Virus record (IMG/VR): IMGVR_UViG_3300027985_001318
Coordinates: 159,651-223,650 of that record
Length of the DNA: 64,000 nucleotides
Strand: one strand, 5' to 3'
Position numbers and translations under genes: made by a program. This document shows positions 37,681 to 45,408 of the stretch, in pieces; the stretch's first letter is position 1; each line of letters begins with the position of its first letter. The notes beneath the pieces are model-generated. The model was given only the letters and a program-made list of their open reading frames with translations. It had not been told where the DNA came from and did not search any database.

Positions 37681-38904
37681 ATGGCTATTTTTGTTGAAAC
37701 GCTGCTTAATGGCGGTAATGTTAAACAGGCACTGGAAGATCAAGCTATTCTGGATGAGTTGGATGGAGACTCCGGTGTTGATAACTCCACAGCGCTGGCG
37801 CTCGCTAAGGCTAAGGCCGATCAATCCGAAGACCCGGTAGTTACTACCGCTCAGAACGTACTCACGGTCTCTCAGGAGTTCGAGGACGAACTCGAAGGTG
37901 CTGAGATCGCCCGTAACGCCGTAGCGGCTCTGGAGGCTCTTGAAGTCACTATGTCCAGAGACAAGACTGCTGTTGGCTTTGCTGCTGACTATCAGCAGTA
38001 CCAAGCTATTCGTGGCTTGATGGGTATCTCTCCCGCCCGTAAAGTCTCTGTGGAGGATATCGATGCGGATCTGGAAGCCCAGCGTAAACTGGCACTGGAA
38101 GACATATCCGCAATCAAGGAAAAACTGAAGACTTTCCTGACTGGCACCTACGAGCGCGTAGCTAAGCTGCTGACTAAGTCCGGTAGTGCCGTTGCGATCG
38201 CCGGTAAAGAGCAGTCAATTCGTAGCAAATCGTTGCTAGGTAGCCTGTTTGGTGGCCGTAAGTGGAACTCGGAAGCAATCGTCGTTATCCCGAAGGATGG
38301 CCTGGAAAAGTACGGTGAGGCGGCAGCCAACCCCATGGAGTTCTCAGCCGTGGCAGTAGGAGCAATCGCTGGACTGTTCAACGGCGAGGGTTCTCTGTGG
38401 AATGATTTCGTGGCCGACTACCTGGGCTGGATCAAGGCTGGTGGACCGGCAGATCCCGACCGCTTTGGTCGTTACGTAGTTCCGGATAAATTCACTGCTA
38501 AGTTGCCGCTGCGTCCTCGCGTAGAAAACAACAAAGTGGTGTTCGACAAACCGAAGCCCTATAGTGGCGACGGTACCACTAAGGTTGGCGATAAGAACGC
38601 CATGAAGACTCTGCTGAGTAACACCAAGGTTCTCGCTAACATGCTGGCCAATATGGACAAATACTTCGGCAACTTCGATGAGCACTACGCCGAAATCAAG
38701 AAAAACCTGGACGCGCATGTCGAGAAACGTTCCGCTGAAGACGAGTACTTCAAGTCGCGGACAGCTGAAGACTTCCGGGAAATCGAACGCCGGATTGAAC
38801 GAGCCGTTGAGTTCTTCATTTCTCTGGCTAAGTACTTCACTGAAGTCAACAAGTTCCTCCTGGACTTCGCTACGGCCGCTGTAGCCGCTGCCGAGGAAGC
38901 TTAA
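37681..38904 (+). CDS. phiKZ-type internal head protein
   Basis: Several ALE/SVE sites followed by an amphipathic helix (ALEDISAIKEKLKTFL). Confidence 0.72.
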   Translation: MAIFVETLLNGGNVKQALEDQAILDELDGDSGVDNSTALALAKAKADQSEDPVVTTAQNVLTVSQEFEDELEGAEIARNAVAALEALEVTMSRDKTAVGFAADYQQYQAIRGLMGISPARKVSVEDIDADLEAQRKLALEDISAIKEKLKTFLTGTYERVAKLLTKSGSAVAIAGKEQSIRSKSLLGSLFGGRKWNSEAIVVIPKDGLEKYGEAAANPMEFSAVAVGAIAGLFNGEGSLWNDFVADYLGWIKAGGPADPDRFGRYVVPDKFTAKLPLRPRVENNKVVFDKPKPYSGDGTTKVGDKNAMKTLLSNTKVLANMLANMDKYFGNFDEHYAEIKKNLDAHVEKRSAEDEYFKSRTAEDFREIERRIERAVEFFISLAKYFTEVNKFLLDFATAAVAAAEEA

Positions 38905-38954
38905 AAAAAAGAGGAGGGCGAAAGCCCTCCTCTTTTACGCTTTGTGAAATATTT

Positions 38955-38988
38955 AAAATTATCACAAACACATATTACTAGAGTGAAC
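38955..38988 (+). promoter_or_regulatory. Putative early phage promoter
   Basis: ATCACAAACACATATTACTAGAGTGAAC. Confidence 0.6.
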
Positions 38989-39023
38989 TTACTACAACCA
39001 CCTACTTAAAGGTTCCGATTAAG

Positions 39024-39896
39024 ATGGATATTAAAGAATACGGGGATAGATTTAAAGCGTACTACAGTGAGATCATTGATGGTCTTTTTGTCAATATTCA
39101 TCCTGGTTTTATAAAACAAGTTATCGAAATACTCGGTAGTTACGGAGCAACTCTCTGGATAAGCTCGAAACAAATCGACTTGGGATTTAAAAGTTTCCTT
39201 TTTGAACACCCTGTATTTCCAGACTTTGTGATGAAAGAACTGGTTTTAGCTCGCCAGTTACGTTGGGAGGATTTCATAGCTAGGTACGGGGAATTGGTCG
39301 GAGGTAAGCCGTTCCCTAACACGAGTCTGAATGTAGGGAGGGAAACCTACGCGATGACTCCAGCGGCTTCCAATGACAGCATTCAAGACGCCATAGAGGA
39401 AAAAGTAAAGATCATTATCGAAAGAATTAGTATTTTTATTAAGTCTAGGTTACAAGGCAATAAGGTTAAACAACTTAGTTTTCCGTTATCAGGCTTTGCT
39501 GGGGAAAAAGCAAACGTTCGTTTGAGTTGTAGAGTAGGTCCCACACTCCCATACGTTTTGGGAGACGTTGAAGATCGAACGATAGATACCACACGCTATC
39601 CTTCTGACTTTAGTTTTAACGCAGCCAAACAGTTCGCTTATTTGATCTTAAATGAACTGAAGAGAGCGTTGGAAATAGAGGACCAAGACAGCGTCTACAG
39701 TTTCGATTTTGAACCACTCCCTCCAGAACCTAGGGGTTCTCGCGGGATAGTACGTTATCGCGAAGTACGCTTGCAGTGGTATACGTGCCTTTCTAAAAAA
39801 TTAGAACTGGCTCTCTACCTAACGTTGAAGTTTGAGCTAAAGGACAGTCTGGCCTTTGATTTCACCATTGTTGATAGAAACGGAAGATTCTGCTAG
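39024..39896 (+). CDS. Hypothetical protein; N-terminal domain paralogous to the next gene
   Basis: IKEY..RF, NIHP, LGSYGATLWI shared. Confidence 0.72.
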   Translation: MDIKEYGDRFKAYYSEIIDGLFVNIHPGFIKQVIEILGSYGATLWISSKQIDLGFKSFLFEHPVFPDFVMKELVLARQLRWEDFIARYGELVGGKPFPNTSLNVGRETYAMTPAASNDSIQDAIEEKVKIIIERISIFIKSRLQGNKVKQLSFPLSGFAGEKANVRLSCRVGPTLPYVLGDVEDRTIDTTRYPSDFSFNAAKQFAYLILNELKRALEIEDQDSVYSFDFEPLPPEPRGSRGIVRYREVRLQWYTCLSKKLELALYLTLKFELKDSLAFDFTIVDRNGRFC

Positions 39897-39906
39897 GGAG
39901 AAACAA

Positions 39907-40272
39907 ATGAGCAAAGTAGTTACAATTAAAGAGTACGACCAGGGGAATCGTTTTAGTATTGCTGGGACTCTTTTCTACAGTTACAACAATATATCGCCGG
40001 AGATCACTAGCCTCATTTACGGCTATCTTGGCGAGTACGGCGCCGGGCTTTGGATAGATAAGAAATTTGGCTTTGTTGAACAAATTGCTGTACTGACTCC
40101 AGACGACTTTATGGAGCTTCAAGAAGCGGCGATGATGGACCATACGGAGTTCAAGGCCAAGTATTTCTCTAAGGAGTTGGTGAGGGTTTGTCTGGTAGCG
40201 AAAGAAACACCCGAACTCTTTCCTGGGGTAAAGACCGACATCGATACTACTGACTGGATGGTGAGCTTCTGA
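39907..40272 (+). CDS. Hypothetical protein
   Basis: GGAG RBS before ATG 39907; LGEYGAGLWI. Confidence 0.7.
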   Translation: MSKVVTIKEYDQGNRFSIAGTLFYSYNNISPEITSLIYGYLGEYGAGLWIDKKFGFVEQIAVLTPDDFMELQEAAMMDHTEFKAKYFSKELVRVCLVAKETPELFPGVKTDIDTTDWMVSF

Positions 40273-40652
40273 TGGACTTGCGAAGATTAGCTGTTGGACT
40301 GACTGTAGAACACTGGGATGACAAAGATATCGACAGTGAAGGTATGCCAACCAGTCGGTATTGGAAAAGTTATTGCGGTACTCGGCTATTTGTCTCACCA
40401 GACCACTACCAAGCTATTCTCCAGAAACCCTGGTTCTGGAAGCTAGAGTTCTTCGTAAAGAAATCAGAGGACGAGACAGTTCGTCAGGAGATCCAGATCA
40501 AATCTGCGATTACTATCGAAGAGATCAGCCCTAATCTGGCCATCTACCGGAAAGAACTACTCGAAGAACATCCGGAACGTATCGCCACCGGTTGGCGTTT
40601 GACGATAATCAAAGCCCCTGGAGTATCTAAACAAAAGAAGATACGCAAATAA
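40272..40652 (+). CDS. Hypothetical protein, paralog of 18865..19215
   Basis: TGATG coupling; shared pattern. Confidence 0.68.
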   Translation: MDLRRLAVGLTVEHWDDKDIDSEGMPTSRYWKSYCGTRLFVSPDHYQAILQKPWFWKLEFFVKKSEDETVRQEIQIKSAITIEEISPNLAIYRKELLEEHPERIATGWRLTIIKAPGVSKQKKIRK

Positions 40653-40676
40653 AAAAATCTTTTTAGGAGTAAGGCC

Positions 40677-41024
40677 ATGGACCAAGACGAATTTGACGTT
40701 AAACTAGCTTATCTGTTCGGTAGTATTGCCGGATGGCTGTTTCGTAATAAAGCCGATACCAATGAGTTCTTCAGTAAGGACGGCGCACATCAGCAAGAAT
40801 TTACGAGGAAAATCATGGAACAGGAACCAGAAACCTGGGTAGAGGAAGAAGCCCGTGGGTTACTGGAGCATATGGACGAGCTGGCACTACAACCAGCTAT
40901 CTCGGTAATATTCGAGAACTGGTTTGAACGCTATCCTGACGAAAGCGATTATCCCGAACTCTATCTGGCGATTCGCCAGAAATATAGCCAACTTTTTGTA
41001 CTACAACAACCTCGACTTCATTAG
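40677..41024 (+). CDS. Hypothetical protein
   Basis: 115 aa, AGGAG RBS. Confidence 0.7.
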   Translation: MDQDEFDVKLAYLFGSIAGWLFRNKADTNEFFSKDGAHQQEFTRKIMEQEPETWVEEEARGLLEHMDELALQPAISVIFENWFERYPDESDYPELYLAIRQKYSQLFVLQQPRLH

Positions 41025-41033
41025 GAGTTAAAG

Positions 41034-41315
41034 ATGACCAACCATACCGTGAAAGGAAGCGGTTATATCACGCAACGTGATATAGACGATGCCGAGAAAG
41101 TTTGCGAACACCTGTCAGTAGGTAATCTCGCTCACTTCGTCGGTGAGCAGGACTCCTTTGGTCCTGTTACCAGATACTGGTACTGCACTGAATGCTACAA
41201 GGAATTCATACGGGGACAACTGGCTCAAGACCTTGACAGCGTCGAGTCAGATCCCGAAGAAATCGATGAATTCGAACCGGCTTGGGGATGTGAAGATCTA
41301 CTGGACCTTGATTAA
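41034..41315 (+). CDS. Small putative metal-binding protein
   Basis: CEH...CTECY; AGGAG RBS. Confidence 0.6.
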   Translation: MTNHTVKGSGYITQRDIDDAEKVCEHLSVGNLAHFVGEQDSFGPVTRYWYCTECYKEFIRGQLAQDLDSVESDPEEIDEFEPAWGCEDLLDLD

Positions 41316-41443
41316 GGAATGTAACCAAAAGAAGGGGCTGGTCTTCGGTTTGCTCCTAATTGGAGAATCTTCTTACCAATGATCTTGGTAAACAAGCAGA
41401 TACCTTGCAATAAAAATACTTCTACACCTCGAGGTAAAGAACC

Positions 41444-41734
41444 ATGGAACATGTAGCTAAGATCAAACGTCTCGCTAACGTACTACGCGATCTGAACCAA
41501 TGGAGCGGACAAGACCAGTTGAGTGGGGTCTATAAACTGGCCACCGAGTTACTCAATGAGATTGGGGTAGATCGTTTTATCGACGATGTCTCTGAAGCAA
41601 GCGGTTTTAAGATCTCGGCTAAGGAACATGAAACTCGTTTCGATGTAGGAATTAACCTCGGTCGGCGTGGTTGGAAGGATTTGATATTTACCTTCCAGAC
41701 TATCAAGACCAAGAAGAAAATCAACATCGTTTAG
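41444..41734 (+). CDS. Hypothetical protein
   Basis: 96 aa, GAGG RBS. Confidence 0.65.
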   Translation: MEHVAKIKRLANVLRDLNQWSGQDQLSGVYKLATELLNEIGVDRFIDDVSEASGFKISAKEHETRFDVGINLGRRGWKDLIFTFQTIKTKKKINIV

Positions 41735-41789
41735 CTTAAAAGAAAGGGTCTTGAGACCCTTTCTTTTTTTGACCCTAAAAGTTAAAACT

Positions 41790-41822
41790 AGAATATCTCA
41801 GACCTATATGCCTTAGATGAAG
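41790..41822 (+). promoter_or_regulatory. Putative early phage promoter
   Basis: 22 nt identical to the promoter in front of the ring nuclease gene. Confidence 0.65.
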
Positions 41823-41870
41823 TAGAGAAGAGAATCTTCTTTACAATTACCCTTAAAAGAGGAAATGAAC

Positions 41871-42041
41871 ATGGAAACTATCAACCCAGAAGAACTCGTG
41901 TATTGCGCTTCATGCGATCGTCAGTTTAAGCGCAAGGAAATGGTCAGCTGGTTTTCGACAGATACTCGTGAGGAGCATATCTGTCCGCATTGTGCAGAAG
42001 CGGAAGCGAGCTACGTTGATGGAGACGGTAAGGATGAATAG
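41871..42041 (+). CDS. 56-aa zinc-ribbon protein (absent from the ORF track)
   Basis: METINPEELVYCASCDRQFKRKEMVSWFSTDTREEHICPHCAEAEASYVDGDGKDE; CxxC..CxxC; GAGG RBS. Confidence 0.7.
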   Translation: METINPEELVYCASCDRQFKRKEMVSWFSTDTREEHICPHCAEAEASYVDGDGKDE

Positions 42042-42645
42042 TGAGATCGTTGAGATACTGGGCTGGTTGCCAGTTGGGTTTGTGTCGAAAGTATGCTCTT
42101 ACATAGAGCGCAACGATGCTGGCCATCAACACGACCATGTCTTTGACGTGGTGATGGAAGCGGCACGATTGAGTGGTGGTAATAGAAATGCAACACTCGC
42201 AGCATTTCTACATGACATTGGTTGCGGTTTTGATCGTGACCGTCATCATGAAATCGGTGCCGAGTTATCGGAAGGGTTGCTGCGATATAATGAGATCGAG
42301 TGCGACCTGGACATGGTCGTGAAAGCCGTGCTGGAGCATCGTGCGAGCTGGAAGGGTGGTTATAGTAGTAAGGTATCTGAATGGGTATCTGCTGCTGACC
42401 GAGGTAAGCCGGATGCAGATCGTTACTTGAAGCGGAGTTATCTTTACGCTAAGAGTAAGTTGGGTAAGAACCATGAGCAGTCTATTCAGCATGCGCTGGA
42501 AACGATACGCGGAAGGTTTTTGCTGAAGACTCCGGAAGCTCCTGAGTGGTACTTTGAACTTTACGCGGAAGAGTGGAAGCAAATGCGTGAAGATCTGGCG
42601 AACGAGACCTTGGAACGTACCGCTGAGCGAATGCGTTTTATGTGA
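42034..42645 (+). CDS. HD-domain phosphohydrolase
   Basis: HQHDHV, FLHDIG, HHEIGA, LEHRAS, AADR; start 42019 or 42034. Confidence 0.85.
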   Translation: MNSEIVEILGWLPVGFVSKVCSYIERNDAGHQHDHVFDVVMEAARLSGGNRNATLAAFLHDIGCGFDRDRHHEIGAELSEGLLRYNEIECDLDMVVKAVLEHRASWKGGYSSKVSEWVSAADRGKPDADRYLKRSYLYAKSKLGKNHEQSIQHALETIRGRFLLKTPEAPEWYFELYAEEWKQMREDLANETLERTAERMRFM

Positions 42646-42689
42646 TGTTGGGAGGAGTCGAATAAGAGGAGGGCTTTCGCCCTCCTCTT

Positions 42690-43022
42690 TTATTTGCCTA
42701 ACGCTTTCTTTTTTTGCTCTTCGTTGAACGCCCGGACCTTTTCGACAGTATCTTCAACAGCCAGCCTGTAAGCCACCAGTTCGTTATTGATACGTCTGAG
42801 TTCCCCACGTAGGGAGTTGTTCAGCATCAGAGAACCGGTGTAGGTATTGTCAACTGCTTCGATGTCAAGGTTTGGTACTGGTAAGAGTTCCAGAGGTACC
42901 GAGATCATCTCCTTTTCCTTCACCACCACGACACTTTGATGGTTGGAGCACGCAGATAGCAATATCAGGCACAGGCTCGTTAGCACAAGGTACGGTACTG
43001 AGGGCTTTACGGAGGTCTTCAT
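42690..43022 (-). CDS. o-spanin (Rz1-like lipoprotein)
   Basis: Lipobox LLSAC after a hydrophobic stretch; overlaps the i-spanin 3' end. Confidence 0.75.
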   Translation of the reverse strand: MKTSVKPSVPYLVLTSLCLILLSACSNHQSVVVVKEKEMISVPLELLPVPNLDIEAVDNTYTGSLMLNNSLRGELRRINNELVAYRLAVEDTVEKVRAFNEEQKKKALGK

Positions 43023-43281
43023 TTTGTTTATTAACTCCCTGTTGAAGTGCTTGCAATGAAGCTGCATTCTCGGCAGCTACTTTAGCGAACCCACTGGAGA
43101 GTTTACCCTGCAACTCTTCTAAGGCGCTCGCGTACTCGTTTGCTTGGGTAGCGACTTTGAGGTCTCCTTCCAAGCTACCGATTTCTTTGTTGAGGGATTG
43201 GATCTGTTGCTGTTGAAAATAAACACCCAAACCAAGACAGATGATCACAGCAGCTACGACTGCCAGACCTATCAATTTCAT
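42865..43281 (-). CDS. i-spanin (Rz-like)
   Basis: N-terminal TM, coiled coil, C-terminal CANEPVP..IC. Confidence 0.75.
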   Translation of the reverse strand: MKLIGLAVVAAVIICLGLGVYFQQQQIQSLNKEIGSLEGDLKVATQANEYASALEELQGKLSSGFAKVAAENAASLQALQQGVNKQNEDLRKALSTVPCANEPVPDIAICVLQPSKCRGGEGKGDDLGTSGTLTSTKP

Positions 43282-43344
43282 GTAAATCTCTTTCATAGTC
43301 GAACTCCCATGAATCCTATGACTTTTGGCTAAGGATTTATTAAA

Positions 43345-45405
43345 ATGAGCAGCATCTTGAAACGATTGCTAGGTACTATTGAAGTAGAAGAGAAACGCGG
43401 TTTCATTAGCGTTACTGGCTTCAATATGCCAAATACTGGGAGACTCATAACTGAGTTATGGAGTACATCCAGGGTGAACGCGCACATGTTCACCAAGTTC
43501 TCGAAACGTGAATTCAGGTTCGAGAGCTTCTTTGCTATTGAGGTACGCTATATAATCGAGAAGCTTCTCGAGAAGTGTCCTCGCCAGGTGAACCAAAGAG
43601 CTTTACGTAGAATCGTCGAGCTACTGAACGAAAACACTTGGCTGAAAAATATCGAATCGGATCACAAACCGATCCTTAACCGCGCTAGACTGAATGACTT
43701 TACCGTCAAGCCTTTAGATTCTCAGCTCGAGTTTCTGAACACTTACGATACGTTGGTGCCGAAACTTAATTTGAAAGGCTATATGTTGGCTAGCCCAGCA
43801 GGCACCGGTAAAACTCTGACGTCTCTGTTTACTGCAAGATGTATCGAAGCGGACGCTGTGATTGTGATCTCCCCTAACAATGCCGTGCGTAGAGTCTGGG
43901 GCGCTACTTTTGATAGTCGCTTCAAAAACAAACCGGAATATTGGATTTCTGATCAATCTGGAGTACCGGCTAAAGCTTACGATTACGCAGTGTTCCATTA
44001 CGAAGCCTTGGATCGCGCTCTGGTTTATGCTGACTACTTGGTTAAAGAAACCAATAAGAAAGTGTTCATTATCCTCGACGAGTGTCATAACTTCAACAAC
44101 GAGGAATCTCTTCGTACTCAGAAATTCGTTGATCTCTGCAAGTTAACCAAACCACTTGGGATCATCTGGATGTCTGGTACTCCGATTAAGGCGGTGGGTA
44201 GTGAGTGCGTGCCGTTCTTGCGCACTGTCGATCCTCTCTTTACCGATAGTGCTGCAGTGGCTATGTACAAGATCTTCGGGAAGTCAGCTTCCCGAGCTAC
44301 CGACATTCTCGCCCATCGGATTGGTCACATTAGCTTCAAGATAGAGAAGGCTACTGTGGTAGCCAACGTCTCCGATACGGTAGAATATAAGTTTGGTTTC
44401 AAAGGAGCCGAGCGCTTTACTTTGCAGGTAATCAGAGAAGAGATCGTTTCGTTTATCATTGAGCGAAGCGAGTATTATCGCCGTGAACGGCCGATGTTCC
44501 AGGCCATTTACGACAAGGCTATCGCTGAGCATAAAACCAGGATAGAAAGAAACCCTGCCCTACAGAGGGATTTCTTGAAGTATCAGTCTTACGTACGTAC
44601 TATCTCTCGTGGATTCGATCCAGTGCAACACAAAGAGATGGCTAAGTTCTGCAACATCTACGAGAAAACTCAGATTATTCCATACCTCTCTAAGGAGCTC
44701 AGAAAGCCGTTTGGGGAGGCTCGGTCGGTAATCAAGTACGTACAGCTCAAAATACGTGGAGAGGCTTTAGGACGCGTTCTAGGCCGCCGTAGAATCGAAT
44801 GCTTTGTAGAGATGGCGCAGCATGCTGACTTGACTGGTTATATTGATAACTCTGAAAAGAAAACAGTGATTTTCACGAGTTATGTCGAGGTATTGGAACA
44901 GTTGCAAAGAAAGGCAGTGGCCGATGGCTACAAGCCGCTAGTGGTCTATGGAGCTACTAACAAGAACCTCGGCTCTATTATTCAGCAGTTCGACAGAGAT
45001 CGCGACGCTAACCCGTTGATCGCCACCTACGATTCTCTTTCTACTGCCGTGCCATTGATCATGGCTAACACTGCGATTATGTTCAACCAGCCCTTCAGGC
45101 AACATGAGATCGAGCAAGCTCAAGCTCGTATCGATCGTCTAGATCAAGACTCTCCAGTACATTTCGTAAATGTACTGCTAGATACCAATGGGGTGGAAAA
45201 CATTTCTACTCGTAACTTGGATATAGTGGAGTGGTCTCGCCAGCAGGTTGATGAAATCATGGGTAATGGCGACGGTATTGATAACGTTACTGTCGAATCT
45301 TTCTTGGCTGAGTTTGGTCTTTCCTTCTCAACTGAAGCTATTGATTTGTCTAGTTTTAGAAAGAAGATCGATAGCTCTACCTCATTCTTCTATTTCAAGG
45401 AGTAA
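43345..45405 (+). CDS. SF2 (SNF2/DExH-type) helicase
   Basis: PAGTGKT, DECH, SGTP, QAQARIDR. Confidence 0.9.
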   Translation: MSSILKRLLGTIEVEEKRGFISVTGFNMPNTGRLITELWSTSRVNAHMFTKFSKREFRFESFFAIEVRYIIEKLLEKCPRQVNQRALRRIVELLNENTWLKNIESDHKPILNRARLNDFTVKPLDSQLEFLNTYDTLVPKLNLKGYMLASPAGTGKTLTSLFTARCIEADAVIVISPNNAVRRVWGATFDSRFKNKPEYWISDQSGVPAKAYDYAVFHYEALDRALVYADYLVKETNKKVFIILDECHNFNNEESLRTQKFVDLCKLTKPLGIIWMSGTPIKAVGSECVPFLRTVDPLFTDSAAVAMYKIFGKSASRATDILAHRIGHISFKIEKATVVANVSDTVEYKFGFKGAERFTLQVIREEIVSFIIERSEYYRRERPMFQAIYDKAIAEHKTRIERNPALQRDFLKYQSYVRTISRGFDPVQHKEMAKFCNIYEKTQIIPYLSKELRKPFGEARSVIKYVQLKIRGEALGRVLGRRRIECFVEMAQHADLTGYIDNSEKKTVIFTSYVEVLEQLQRKAVADGYKPLVVYGATNKNLGSIIQQFDRDRDANPLIATYDSLSTAVPLIMANTAIMFNQPFRQHEIEQAQARIDRLDQDSPVHFVNVLLDTNGVENISTRNLDIVEWSRQQVDEIMGNGDGIDNVTVESFLAEFGLSFSTEAIDLSSFRKKIDSSTSFFYFKE

Positions 45406-45408
45406 AAA

